NCBI GenBank assembly: GCA_049840735.1
Contig: JASGJN010000022.1
Span: 608,001 to 672,000 of the forward strand
Source: Anaeromyxobacter sp.
GTDB taxonomy: Bacteria > Myxococcota > Myxococcia > Myxococcales > Anaeromyxobacteraceae
Direction of reading: 5' to 3'
Length of the DNA stretch: 64,000 bases
The notes below the pieces were generated by a model. That model ran no database searches. It was not told the DNA's origin and saw only the letters and a program-made list of their open reading frames with translations. The translations under genes and the position numbers were made by a program. Shown piece by piece: positions 30,469 through 42,184 of this stretch. The first letter of the stretch is position 1. Each line of letters begins with the position of its first letter.

Positions 30469-31694
30469 GTGCCGTCGAGCTTTGCGTGGGTGGACTTCTC
30501 CGAGGACGACCGCCGCCGCACCAGCGAGGTCCTGCAGCTCTTCCATGAGCGCGATACCCGCGACGAGCTGGGCCTCGGGGTCATCCGGGACGCCCTCGCT
30601 GACCGGCTGTTCCCGGGGACGTCCACGCTGCAGACCCGCGCCGCGTACTTCCTGCTCGTTCCCTGGACGTACCTCCGTCTGGCTTCCAGGCCGAGCAGCT
30701 CTGCCGTGGCCAGGCGGGCGCGCGAGGCCGAGATCAAGCTCGATCGCGGCGCTCCAGACCGGCTCCGACACCGATGGCATCATCGGGGCCGTGGCTGGCG
30801 AGAAGGTGAAGCGCACTGCTTCCAGCACCTACTGGGTCGGGCTGGGGAGCTGGGGCATCCGTCGCCTGCGGGGTACGCAGGACCAGTACCACCGCGCGTT
30901 CGAGCGGCTGCACGCGCCCGCCGGCGGTGCCGGGCGCGTGGAGTCCTCGAGCCACGACGGCACCCCGCTGGCAGCCACCTTCGAGGCCTGGGATCCCGCG
31001 CTGCCGGGTCCGCCCGAGGGGTTCCCGGAGAAGGCGAGCTTCCGCCTCGATCGGCGGCAGGCGGAGTATCTCCGGGATCGGATCACGCAGGCCCGCGACC
31101 GCCGGTCGCTCCTGGCCCACCTCGTTCGGCCCGGGCTGCCGTGGGAGCACGAGGCTGCCTTCCCCTGGGAGTGCCCCGACGTCGAGACCTGGCCCGAGCA
31201 CATCCAGGCCGAGATGGCCCACGCCCGTGCCTTCTCGGAGCTGATGCACGGCGCGGCGCTGCTCTACAACCTCATGCTCGCCCAGGCGTCGTCCAGCGAG
31301 GAGAAGGTGGTCGAGTACCGCAAGCGGTTCGGCGGGTGGGCCGAGGAGATCGCAGCGCGCGGAGCGTACTTCGCTCGCTGGAGCCGCGCCGACTTCTGGG
31401 CCCTCGTCGATGCGCAGGCGGGGCGCGTGATCGGCCAGACGCGGGACTTCGTCGATACCTGGGTGGCCCGGGCGCTGGGGCCGGCGCCCGCGTCGCTCGC
31501 GGACGATCCCGGTGCCCGGGAGCAGAATCCGGGTCCGGGAGGAGCGGCTGAAGCGCGGGCTGGCGCGCCTCGGGAACCAGGGGGCGCTCGCGCGCTGGAG
31601 TGGCGCGGCAGGGGCGGGTCGACTCGACTACCGCTGGTTCCGGGTCCGGACGCTGGTAGCTGACATCCAGCGCGGCCAGCGAGAGGAGGCCTGA
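30469..31694 (+). CDS. DUF6361-family protein (frameshifts near 30742 and 31525); first gene of an Azaca-like defence trio
   Basis: SSFAWVDFS..RDELGLG.IRDALAD.LFPGTSTLQTRAAYFLLVPW; YWVGL; FSELMHGA.LLYNL; RE.RLK..LARL; LDYRW. Confidence 0.8.
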
Positions 31695-31695
31695 C

Positions 31696-33546
31696 GTGCT
31701 CGAGCCGCGCGCCCGTACCGTCTACCTCGACGCCCTGAAGCCACCTCCGGGCTACCGCCTCGACCGCGCCATCGGGACCACATACTCCGTGGACCTGCAC
31801 TCGCTCCTGGCGATCCCGCTCGCCTTCGCCCAGCTCGACTGGGCGGAGCGCGCCGAGGAGCTGGTGGAGGATCGGGTCCGGCTGCTGAGGGCCCTGCGCA
31901 CCGAGGCCGCCCGCGTCACCCTGTTCTGCCAGGCAGGGCGGATCGCGGTGCCGCGGAGCGGTCACCCGCTGTTTGCCTACCTGGAGCCGATGCTCCGGGA
32001 GTGCGCGGTCCGGGGCAGGAGAGGGGAGTTCCACCCCAAGACCTGGGTGCTCCGGTTCACCGACGGCGAAGGCCAGGCGGTCCGCTACCGCTTCCTCTGC
32101 TTGAGCCGGAACCTGACCTCCGACACCTCCTGGGACACGGCGCTGGCGCTGGAGGGGGAGCTCGTCGGGCGAGCCAACGCGTTCGGCAGGAACCACCCGC
32201 TGGGCGCCTTCATCGAGGCGCTCCCCGGCCTGGCGCTGGGGGACGTCTCCCTAGCGCTCCGGCAGGAGCTGCTGCGCATCGCCTATGAGCTGCGCCGGGT
32301 ACGGTTCGAGCCACCCGCGCCGTTCCGCGACGGAATCGTCTTCGCCCCGCTGGGCATCGACGGTCACCGGAGCCTAGACCTCGGTGCCGAGGACGCGCAG
32401 CGCCTGCTGGTCGTGTCACCGTTCGCGACGTCTTCCTTCCTGGAGCGCGCCGCCAGGGCACGCGAGAACGTCCTCGTCTCGCGGCAGGAGACCCTGGATG
32501 AGCTGCCGCCCCAGACCCTGGGACGCTTCCAGCGCGTGTACGTGATCGACGAGGAGCCGTTCCGGGCGCCGGACCAGGGGCAGGCTGACGGGCGTGCGGC
32601 GAGGGCCGAGGAGCGGTCAGGGCTCCACGCCAAGCTGTTCGTCGTGGACGGGAGCGGGGGCGCGTCGGTGTGGACCGGCTCGGCCAACGCATCGGACGCC
32701 GCGTTCGAGCGCAACGTCGAGTTCATGGTCGGGCTGTCCGGCAGGAAGGGTGAGGTCGGCACCCAGGCGCTGGTGGGCGAAGGGGAGGAGACGCTTCGCA
32801 CCGTGCTCCTCGAGTACGCGCGCCCCGACGCCCCGCGCGCGCCAGACCCGCAGGCCACTCGCAACGAGGAGCTGGTCGAGGAGGTGCGGCGAACGCTCGC
32901 GCAAGCGGGGCTCCGCCTCGCGGTGGAAGTGGATGGAAGCGGACTCCATGCCCTGCGCCTGGACGCACCCGGCGAGCTCGCGCTCCCAGACGAGGTCCAG
33001 GTCCGGGTGTGGCCCGCCACGCTGCAGGAGGGTCGCGCCGAACGGCTGTTGCGGGGCAACGGTGTCCCGGCAGCGCTCGTCTTCAGGCCGCTCTCGCCGG
33101 CGCAGCTGACGGCGTTCGCCTGCTTCGAGGTGTGCGCGGGAGCGGGCGAGCAGGCGCGCGCCGCACGGTTCACCCTCCTGCTCCCGCTGGCAGGCGGGCC
33201 CGCGGACCGGCTCCAGGACCTGCTGGCCACCGTGCTCGAGGACGGCGCTCACCTGGTCCGCCTCCTGATGCTGCTGCTGACGGACCAGGAGCTGGACCCG
33301 GCGGGCGCCGCCGACGCGTTGCGGCTCGGCAGCCTGCGCGATCTCGTGGACGGATCGGAGGCGACGTCCGGCGCCTTCCCGCTGCTCGAGGAGCTCCTCC
33401 GGACCGCGGCCCGGAATCCCGCCCGGCTCGGGGCGGTCCATTCCCTGGTCCAGGATCTCAGGCGCACGGAGCGGGGTCGTGCGCTCCTGCCCCCGGAGTT
33501 CGACGGCGTCTGGGATGCGATATGGGCTGCGCGGGGTGGGACATGA
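31696..33546 (+). CDS. Phospholipase D-family (HxK) nuclease-like protein
   Basis: L.PP.GY.LD.AIGTTYS.DL; FHPKTW..LSRNLT; VVSPF; GLHAKLF..TGSANA..RNVEF, giving two HxK motifs. Confidence 0.85.
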   Translation: MLEPRARTVYLDALKPPPGYRLDRAIGTTYSVDLHSLLAIPLAFAQLDWAERAEELVEDRVRLLRALRTEAARVTLFCQAGRIAVPRSGHPLFAYLEPMLRECAVRGRRGEFHPKTWVLRFTDGEGQAVRYRFLCLSRNLTSDTSWDTALALEGELVGRANAFGRNHPLGAFIEALPGLALGDVSLALRQELLRIAYELRRVRFEPPAPFRDGIVFAPLGIDGHRSLDLGAEDAQRLLVVSPFATSSFLERAARARENVLVSRQETLDELPPQTLGRFQRVYVIDEEPFRAPDQGQADGRAARAEERSGLHAKLFVVDGSGGASVWTGSANASDAAFERNVEFMVGLSGRKGEVGTQALVGEGEETLRTVLLEYARPDAPRAPDPQATRNEELVEEVRRTLAQAGLRLAVEVDGSGLHALRLDAPGELALPDEVQVRVWPATLQEGRAERLLRGNGVPAALVFRPLSPAQLTAFACFEVCAGAGEQARAARFTLLLPLAGGPADRLQDLLATVLEDGAHLVRLLMLLLTDQELDPAGAADALRLGSLRDLVDGSEATSGAFPLLEELLRTAARNPARLGAVHSLVQDLRRTERGRALLPPEFDGVWDAIWAARGGT

Positions 33547-36500
33547 GAAGGGGCGAGAAGCCGGACCTGGCGCGCGTCATGGCGGGGCTCAAGGACTTCC
33601 AGCGCCGGTCGGTGGAGTACATCGTCGAGCGTCTGTACGACGCTCCTGACCGGGTCGACAGGTTCCTCCTGGCCGATGAGGTGGGGCTCGGCAAGACCAA
33701 GGTCGCGCGGGGCGTCATCGCGCACGCGCTGCACCGGCTCTGGGAGCCGGTCGAGCGCATCGACGTCATCTACGTCTGCTCCAACGCCACCATCGCCCGG
33801 CAGAACGTCAACCGCCTGCAGCTCGGGATGGAGGATGACTTCTCGAGCGCCTCGCGGCTCACCCTGCTCCCCCTGCACCTCCGGGACCTGTCGACACGCA
33901 AGGTGAACTTCGTCTCCTTCACCCCGGGGACGTCCTTCGAGCTCAGCTCGAGCACCGGGATCCGGCACGAGCGCATGCTGATCCACCGCCTGCTCTCGGA
34001 CGGGTGGGGGCTGCGCGGCACCGGGCCGCGGAACCTGCTGCAGGGAGAGGTCGATCGCGCACGCTGGCGTCGAGACCTCGCGTGGCTCGAGGAAGAGCTC
34101 CGGAAGGAAGGACAGGGGATCGACCCGGCGCTGGCGGACAACTACCTGCGCGCGCTCGGAGGCGAGCCCGGTCTGCGCGCCCGCTTCGAGGACCTGGCGA
34201 GCCAGTGCGCCCGGACCAAGGAGTTCCCGGACGAGCTTCGGCCGCACCGGAACGAGCTCATCGGGAGGCTCCGGAAGATCCTGGCCAGGACCTGCATCAA
34301 GGAGCTCCAGCCCGACCTCGTGATCCTGGACGAGTTCCAGCGGTTCAAGTCGCTGCTGGCGGGGGCCGAGGCAGCAGAGGAGGATCGAGAGGCCGCCGAG
34401 CTGGCGGCAGACCTCTTCGCCTTCCAGGGCGAGGCCGGACGCGCCAAGGTGCTGCTGCTTTCGGCCACGCCGTACAAGATGTTCACGCTGTCGCACGAGG
34501 CCGAGGACCACTACTCGGACTTCCTGGCCACGACCGGCTTCCTCCTCGAGTCCAAGGAGGAGGTCGCAGCGCTCGAGGCGGATCTCTACGGCTACCGCGA
34601 CGCCCTCTGCGGAGCGGCGAGGGGAGCGGAAGCGGTCCGCTGCAAGGAGCAAGTCGAGCAGCGGCTTCGTCGCGTCATGTCACGCACGGAGCGGCTCAGC
34701 GCCGGCGTGGACCAGAACGGCCTGGTGGCGGAGCGGAGGACCACGGCTGGCGCGGTGACCCCGGACGACGTCATGGGGTACTGCCGCCTGGATGAGGTCA
34801 TGCGCGAACTCGACGGCGGCGAGCCGGTCGAGCTGTGGAAGTCCGCCCCGTTCCTCCTGAGCGTCATGGACGAGCACTACAAGCTGAAGAGCCGCTTGCG
34901 GCTCGCCCTGCGCGAGCGGCACCCGGCGGTCTGGGCAGCCCTGGAGCGCGCCCGGGGCACGCTGCTGGATCCCAGCCAGGTGGAGCAGTATGCGCCCATC
35001 GAGGGCGGGAACGCGCGGGTGCGGGCGCTGCTCGAGGCCACGGTTCGAAACGGTGGCTGGAAGCTGCTCTGGCTGCCGCCCTCGTTGCCTTACTACACGC
35101 TCGCCGGCCCATGGGCAGATCCGGGCGTGCGCGACTTCACGAAGGCGCTGGTGTTCTCGGCCTGGCACGTGGTGCCAAAGGCCATCGCCATGCTGGCGAG
35201 CTACGAGGCGGAGCGGCTGGCGGTGCAGGGCGGGGCGGGGGAGCCGTTTGTCTACGAGGAGCTCGGCGAGCGCATCCGCGGCACCATCCGGATCACCGAG
35301 AAGGACGGCAAGCTCGGCGGTCTCGCGTCCATGTCGCTGGCCTACCCGTGCGCCACGCTCGCCCGCGCCGTCGATCCCCTGCTGGCCAGGGGCGCGGCCG
35401 GAGGTGAGCTACCTGACGCCGCGGTGAGCCTCGACCGGGCGCGCGCGCTGCTGCAGGAGGTCCTGCGCCCGGAGATCGAGGCGGCGGCCGTGCGCGGTGG
35501 GCCAGTGGACGAGGACTGGTACTGGGCGGCGCCGCTCCTGCTGGACCTGCGGCGTACCCCCGCGGCGATCCGGTGGTTGATGGAGCCCGACCCGAAGCTC
35601 GCCTGGCAGGCCGTGGTGGGCGAAGGGGAGGGCGAGGATTCGCTCTTCCGCAAGGGCATCGCCCGGCTGCGTGAGTTCGCGCGCCAGCCCTGGGACCTGG
35701 GGCGACCGCCGCCCGACCTGGCGGACGTCGTGGCCTCCATGGCGCTGGGGTCACCCGCGGTGGCGCTGCTCCGGGCGCTGGGCAGGCAATGGCCGCAGCA
35801 GGCGGACGCTCCAGCGCTGCTGGCCGCAGCGGCCATCGGAGCCATGGGCTTCTGGCGCATGTACAACCGCCCTGAATCCGTGCTCGTGCTCCGCGCCTGG
35901 GATGCGCGCGAGCCTCACTGGAATCGAGCGCTCGACTACGGCGTTGCCGGGAATCTGCAGGCGGTGCTCGACGAGTACGTGCATGCGCTGCGGGATCACC
36001 TGGGCCTGACGGAGCAGGGGGCGTCCGCTGCCCTCGATATGGGCCGGAAGGTCGGCGACACCGCCTCCCTCGCGGCCGTTCGGCTCTCGTACGACGTGTT
36101 TGCTTCCATGCCCGACGGGCCGGAGAAGGCTGGACCGCAGGTCAAGCATCTCCGCGCCCGCTACGCGCTCCGCTTCGGCCAGGGACGTGATCCGAGCGAT
36201 GACGCTGGCGGCCAGGACACGCGGGACGGCCAGGTTCGTGACGCCTTCAATTCCCCGTTCCGCCCCTTCGTGCTCGCCTCCACGAGCGTCGGCCAGGAGG
36301 GTCTCGACTTTCACCTCTACTGCCACGCGATCTACCACTGGAACCTGCCGGGCAACCCGGTCGATCTCGAGCAAAGGGAGGGGCGAATCCATCGGTTCAA
36401 GGGACACGTGGTCCGGCGGAACGTGGCGAATGCGAACCGCGCACGGTTCGACGGAGGAGACCCCTGGGCCACCCTGTTCGAGGACGCTGCCAGCGGCTCC

Positions 36501-36818
36501 GAGCGAAGGAGCGAGCTGGTGCCGTACTGGGTCTTCCCTGGCCCTTACCGGATCGAGCGGCATGTTCCGCTCCTTCCCCTGTCCCGCGACCGCCAGCGCT
36601 TCGACGACCTCCGGCGCAGCATGGCGCTCTACCGGCTCGCCTTCGGACAACCGAGGCAGGAGGACCTCCTGCGCGTCCTGTCAGCGGAGACGCTGCCGGC
36701 CGCCGAGCAGGGGGACTGGCAGATCGACCTGGCGCCGCGCGAGCGCCGGGGCGACGCGCCCGCGCCCGGCATGTCCGGAGTTCGGTCAGGGGAAGCGTTG
36801 CGACGAGCGCCCGACTGA
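33543..36818 (+). CDS. SF2 (SNF2/DEAD-like) helicase
   Basis: ATGA overlap with the PLD stop; LKDFQ, FLLADEVGLGKT, ILDEFQRF, LLSATPY, LVFSAW, AFNSPF.PFVLASTSVGQEGLDFH, LEQREGRIHRFKG. Confidence 0.9.
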   Translation: MRRGEKPDLARVMAGLKDFQRRSVEYIVERLYDAPDRVDRFLLADEVGLGKTKVARGVIAHALHRLWEPVERIDVIYVCSNATIARQNVNRLQLGMEDDFSSASRLTLLPLHLRDLSTRKVNFVSFTPGTSFELSSSTGIRHERMLIHRLLSDGWGLRGTGPRNLLQGEVDRARWRRDLAWLEEELRKEGQGIDPALADNYLRALGGEPGLRARFEDLASQCARTKEFPDELRPHRNELIGRLRKILARTCIKELQPDLVILDEFQRFKSLLAGAEAAEEDREAAELAADLFAFQGEAGRAKVLLLSATPYKMFTLSHEAEDHYSDFLATTGFLLESKEEVAALEADLYGYRDALCGAARGAEAVRCKEQVEQRLRRVMSRTERLSAGVDQNGLVAERRTTAGAVTPDDVMGYCRLDEVMRELDGGEPVELWKSAPFLLSVMDEHYKLKSRLRLALRERHPAVWAALERARGTLLDPSQVEQYAPIEGGNARVRALLEATVRNGGWKLLWLPPSLPYYTLAGPWADPGVRDFTKALVFSAWHVVPKAIAMLASYEAERLAVQGGAGEPFVYEELGERIRGTIRITEKDGKLGGLASMSLAYPCATLARAVDPLLARGAAGGELPDAAVSLDRARALLQEVLRPEIEAAAVRGGPVDEDWYWAAPLLLDLRRTPAAIRWLMEPDPKLAWQAVVGEGEGEDSLFRKGIARLREFARQPWDLGRPPPDLADVVASMALGSPAVALLRALGRQWPQQADAPALLAAAAIGAMGFWRMYNRPESVLVLRAWDAREPHWNRALDYGVAGNLQAVLDEYVHALRDHLGLTEQGASAALDMGRKVGDTASLAAVRLSYDVFASMPDGPEKAGPQVKHLRARYALRFGQGRDPSDDAGGQDTRDGQVRDAFNSPFRPFVLASTSVGQEGLDFHLYCHAIYHWNLPGNPVDLEQREGRIHRFKGHVVRRNVANANRARFDGGDPWATLFEDAASGSERRSELVPYWVFPGPYRIERHVPLLPLSRDRQRFDDLRRSMALYRLAFGQPRQEDLLRVLSAETLPAAEQGDWQIDLAPRERRGDAPAPGMSGVRSGEALRRAPD

Positions 36819-36902
36819 CCACCGGATTCTGGTTGCCCCAGGGCTGGCCAGTCCGGAACGACGTCCGGTCTTCCTGCGGTCCGCGCCGACCGGCCGAAAC
36901 GC

Positions 36903-36938
36903 CGAAGCCCCCGCCAGCTTTCGCCGGCGGGGGCTTCG
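36903..36938 (-). terminator. Stem-loop terminator after tRNA-Arg (possibly bidirectional)
   Basis: cgaagcccccgcc / ggcgggggcttcg inverted repeat immediately 3' of the tRNA. Confidence 0.65.
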
Positions 36939-36941
36939 TTC

Positions 36942-37018
36942 TAGCGGGCCCTAGAGGATTTGAACCTCTGGCCTTCGGATTCGTAGTCCGACGCTCTATC
37001 CAACTGAGCTAAGGGCCC
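36942..37018 (-). tRNA. tRNA-Arg(ACG); encoded 3' end is CTA rather than CCA
   Basis: GGGCCCTTAGCTCAGTTGGATAGAGC-GTCGGA CT ACG AA TCCGA-..GGTTCAAATCC..AGGGCCCG-CTA. Confidence 0.95.
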
Positions 37019-37055
37019 AACTCTCTCTGTCGTGCTGCCACTGCTGCAACCGAAC

Positions 37056-37147
37056 TGGCGGAAAGGGAGGGATTCGAACCCTCGATACAGGTCACCCCGT
37101 ATACTGGTTTAGCAAACCAGCGCCTTCGGCCTCTCGGCCACCTTTCC
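37056..37147 (-). tRNA. tRNA-Ser(GCT)
   Basis: GGAAAGGTGGCCGAG..CTGGT TT GCT AA ACCAG, long variable arm, GGTTCGAATCC, ends GCCA. Confidence 0.97.
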
Positions 37148-37172
37148 AGAACCTCTTCCCTTCCCTCACAGC

Positions 37173-37262
37173 TGGCGGAGGAGGAAGGATTCGAACCTTC
37201 GGAGGGCGTGAACCCTCAGCGGTTTTCAAGACCGCCGCCTTAAACCGCTCGGCCACTCCTCC
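37173..37262 (-). tRNA. tRNA-Ser(TGA)
   Basis: GGAGGAGTGGCCGAGCGG..GCGGT CT TGA AA ACCGC, long variable arm, GGTTCGAATCC, ends GCCA. Confidence 0.97.
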
Positions 37263-37330
37263 GAATCCTGCCTCGTTCAGCCTGGTTCCGCTGGCCGGGC
37301 GCCAGAGGCGGCCGACCGTTGGAGCGGGAC

Positions 37331-37359
37331 GATATACGGCACTGCCGAGCGGGGATCAA
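37331..37359 (-). promoter_or_regulatory. Putative sigma70 promoter of the tRNA operon
   Basis: TTGATC-N17-TATATC on the minus strand about 70 nt upstream of tRNA-Ser(TGA). Confidence 0.45.
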
Positions 37360-38077
37360 GGGGTCTGTGCAGGGGAACGGACGGGCATCAGGTCGCGGGG
37401 GTGAGGGGCTGCTCCGGGACCTCGGACCCTGGACTGCGGCGTGCTGGAAGCTGCAGCCGGGGACCAGCTGAGTCGCAGGCGCGGCGCTGTCGCCTGAACA
37501 GACAGGCGCGCAGGGCGCCGCTGGGAGAGGAAGAAGGAAGATGCGGTCGTCGTGGCCGTGCCGTACGAGCCTACGCAACTGCTCCGGGACCGAGGGGGCT
37601 GGGCCGGAACCGCGCGTTACTTCGTGACGATCACCTCTGCCGATCGGGTGGGGCGCCTTCCCGGCGGAGGCTGCAGGGCCAGTGACGGCCGCATCGCGGA
37701 GGAGGATGCGGAGATCGTCCACGGCGAGCATGTGGTGCTCGTGAGATTCGCCACAGAAAACAGCCTTTTAAGGGGGGCCGGTGGCGGCAAGGGCATCCGC
37801 CTGTTCCCGCGGCGACGGGGATGGCGGCGCGAGGGGAGGCCGGACAGCAGCGTTCAGTGGTTCGCTGGAAGCGCGTTCAGTCCACTTGTCCGCTTTGATT
37901 CGAGGGCGCAGGAGCAGCGAGCGCCCGTCCGGCTGGGCCTGCGGCAGGCGCTGACGCTGGCCCGCCGCCGCTGCCCCGGGGGCGCCGGCGGCGGGCGCGT
38001 CCCCGGCCCCCGCCGGACCTGCGTCCTCTTGGCTTTCCTTCCGCCTGCGGCGATCATCGCTCCCTGCCGGGGGTGAC

Positions 38078-38746
38078 ATGAAGCTGCTGCTGGTGGAGGA
38101 CGAGGAGCGGGTGGCCCAGGTGCTATCCCGCGGCCTCACCGAGGAAGGTCACCAGGTGGACGCGGTGGGGCTCGGGCTCTCGGCCCGGGACCAGGCGCTC
38201 TCCATCGCCTATGACGTGATCCTCCTCGACTGGGCGCTCCCGGACATGGACGGCGTCTCGGTGCTTCGCGAGTGGCGCCAGCGCGGCCTGCGCACGCCGG
38301 TCCTGCTGCTGACCGCGCGAGGGGCCACCGGCGAGAAGGTCACCGGGCTGCGGGCGGGGGCCGACGACTACCTGGTGAAGCCGTTCGACTTCGACGAGCT
38401 GCTGGCGCGCATCGAGGCGCTGCACCGGCGCGGCTCGGGCCACGGCGCGGCCACGCTGGGCCCCATCGCGCTCGATCCGCGCCGCCGCGCGCTCGTGAAG
38501 GGGGCGGTCTCCGAGGCGCTCACGGCGCGCGAGTACGGCCTGCTCTCCGAGCTGGCCTCGCACGCGGGCGAGGTGCTCTCGCGGTCCAAGCTCATCCAGG
38601 CGGTGTGGGGCACGGGGTTCGAGGGCAACCCCAACGTGGTCGACGTCTACGTGGGCTACGTCCGCACCAAGCTCGAGCGCATCGGCGCGGGCGAGGTCCG
38701 GATCGAGTCGGTGCGCGGCGTGGGCTACCGGCTGGTCGTGCCCTGA
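38078..38746 (+). CDS. OmpR-family response regulator
   Basis: LLVEDE, LLDWALP, GADDYLVKPF, wHTH VVDVYV..LR..IESVRGVGYRL. Confidence 0.95.
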   Translation: MKLLLVEDEERVAQVLSRGLTEEGHQVDAVGLGLSARDQALSIAYDVILLDWALPDMDGVSVLREWRQRGLRTPVLLLTARGATGEKVTGLRAGADDYLVKPFDFDELLARIEALHRRGSGHGAATLGPIALDPRRRALVKGAVSEALTAREYGLLSELASHAGEVLSRSKLIQAVWGTGFEGNPNVVDVYVGYVRTKLERIGAGEVRIESVRGVGYRLVVP

Positions 38747-38759
38747 CGCGGGGTCCTCC

Positions 38760-40164
38760 ATGAAGCTCGCGGTCCGGCTGTGGACGCTCGGCGCGGTGGT
38801 CCCGGTCCTGGGGATGCTGGGCGCGCTGGCCGTGGGCGGCACCTTCTTCCGCAACCACCTGCTCGAGGAGGTGGACGCGGCGCTCCTCTCGCAGGCGGCG
38901 GTGGAGTCGGTCAGCCTCTTCGACGGCCCCGCGGGCGCGGCCCACATCCACGTGACGTTCTCGCCGTTCCGCGACGAGGTCCGGCACATCGCGCCGGCGG
39001 CCGCGCTCTACGACTCGACCGGCCGCGTGCTCATGCGGTACCCCGCCATGTCGGAGGCGGTGGGCGCCACCGACCACAGGCTGGAATCCGGCGACGCTGC
39101 CGGCCGCGCCGGTGCTGGCCACGCGCGCGGGCCCGAGCGGGATCGACTACCGGGTCCTCTCGGTCCGGCTCACCAGCCCGCGCGGCGAGGCCCACGCGCT
39201 GCAGCTGGCGGCGGCGCTCTCCAGCGTGGACGCGGCCGTGGACGCCTTCGCGCGGGTCGGGCTGGGCATGACGCTGGCGCTGGGGCTGGCGCTGGTGGTG
39301 CTGCAGACGTACCAGGCCCGCCGGCTCTCCGCGCGCGTGGGGGCGCTGACGCGCCACATGGCGGCGCTGCGCGAGGGGAACCTCTCGGCGGTGGCGCCGC
39401 ACGAGCTGGCGGGGGACGAGATCGCCGAGCTGTCGCGGGTGGTGGAGGAGGCCACCGGGCGGCTACGCCAGGCGCGCGAGGCGCAGGACCGGCTGGTGGC
39501 GGACGCGGCCCACGAGCTGCGCACGCCGCTCACGCTGATGCGCACCTCCATCGACGTGGCGCTGCGCCGGCGCCGCGAGGCCTCCGAGCTGGTGGCCTCG
39601 CTGGAGGAGACGCGGCGCGAGGTGGACCGGCTGGCGCGGCTCTCCACCCGCCTGCTGGACCTGGCCACCGCGGGCCGCGGCCACTGGGACCGGCAGCCCT
39701 GTGACCTGGGGCAGGTGGTGGCCGAGGCGGCGGAGGCCATCCGCGCCGAGGCGGAGGCCAAGGCGGTGCTGGTCGAGGTGGAGGCGCCGGCGCCGCTGCC
39801 GGCGCTGCTGGACGCGCACGGCATCCGTCAGGCGGTGGACAACCTGCTGGCCAACGCGGTCAAGTTCAGCCCGCAGGGCGGCCTGGTCCGCGTGGCGGTG
39901 CTGCGCGAGGGGGAGCTGGCGCGCGTGCTGGTCCGAGACGCGGGGCCGGGCATCCCGGAGGCGGAGCGCGAGCGGGTCTTCCGCCCCTTCGAGCGCGGCG
40001 ACAAGCGGGCGCCGGGCGCGGGGCTGGGGCTGGCCATCGTCCGCGAGATCGCCCGCGGCCACGGCGGCCGGGCCTACGCGGCGCCGGCGGAGCGCGGCGC
40101 CGAGGTGGTGCTGGAGCTGCCGGCGCTGCCGCAGGGGACCTGGGTGGCGCGCGCGGCGGGGTAG
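38760..40164 (+). CDS. Membrane sensor histidine kinase (HAMP-HisKA-HATPase; frameshift near 39085)
   Basis: Two TMs; DAAHELRTPL, NLLANAVKFS, DAGPGI, GAGLGLAI. Confidence 0.9.
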
Positions 40165-40174
40165 GGGACGCCGG

Positions 40175-40609
40175 TCAGCGGCCCTCGACCGGCGCCTGCG
40201 CCTGCCCGTGCAGCCGGCACCCCGCCTCCCGGCACCGCCCGGTGAGCCGCAGCCGGTTCCTGGCGAACGCCCGGTAGCCGAGGTCGAGCAGCCAGCGCAG
40301 CCCGGGCCAGCGGGTCACGGCCACGACGCGCCTGAACCCCACGGCGGCGTACAGCTGCCGGAAGACCTCCACGCCCTCGATCACCGTCCCGTCCGGCAGC
40401 CGGCCGTGGATGCGGGCCATGAGCGCGTCCCAGGGGACGCCCACGGCGGCCGCGTCGAAGCCGGGCGCGGCGATGTCGGTGAAGGCGATCCGCCCCTGGC
40501 CGTCGAGCCTGCGCAGCATGCGGATCTCCCGCATGCAGAGCGGGCAGGCGCCGTCGAAGAAGACCTCGATCCGGTGCGCGGGGGCGTCCACGAGGCTGTA
40601 CATGCCCAT
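40175..40609 (-). CDS. DCC-family (DUF393) thiol-disulfide oxidoreductase
   Basis: FFDGACPLC (DxxCxxC), Y..FARNRL. Confidence 0.88.
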   Translation of the reverse strand: MGMYSLVDAPAHRIEVFFDGACPLCMREIRMLRRLDGQGRIAFTDIAAPGFDAAAVGVPWDALMARIHGRLPDGTVIEGVEVFRQLYAAVGFRRVVAVTRWPGLRWLLDLGYRAFARNRLRLTGRCREAGCRLHGQAQAPVEGR

Positions 40610-40655
40610 GTGGATCGGCCGGCGCAAGCCGGCGTGACAGCGGAAGCGGAGTTCG

Positions 40656-40766
40656 TCACCCGCCGCAGGGGCAGGTGACGATCCACAGGTAGAGCCAGCC
40701 CAGCAGCGCCGCGGCCGCGGCCGCTCCGAGCGCGGCCCAGAGCCACCTCCTGGGCCGCCCCGCCAA
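40656..40766 (-). CDS. Putative 36-aa single-TM peptide with C-terminal CPC
   Basis: TTG 3 nt after the serS stop with GGAG upstream; [36 protein letters not shown]. Confidence 0.4.
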   Translation of the reverse strand: MAGRPRRWLWAALGAAAAAALLGWLYLWIVTCPCGG

Positions 40767-40769
40767 CGG

Positions 40770-42119
<1,350 letters not shown>

Positions 42120-42132
42120 CTAGCATTAGTCT

Positions 42133-42158
42133 TTAACGAATCGGCGGGCAAGGGGTCT
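42133..42158 (+). promoter_or_regulatory. Possible ECF-type promoter upstream of the sigma factor gene
   Basis: TTAAC-N17-GTCT resembles the ECF -35 AAC / -10 GTC pattern. Confidence 0.3.
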
Positions 42159-42184
42159 GTCTCATCGTGACCCCGGGGCGGCAC

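Noticed and set aside
30252..36941. Prophage or integrative element at tRNA-Arg
   Set aside because: No integrase, phage genes or duplicated att site visible.
40656..40658. Selenocysteine read-through of TGA after CPCGG
   Set aside because: The downstream frame has no protein-like character and no SECIS was recognised.
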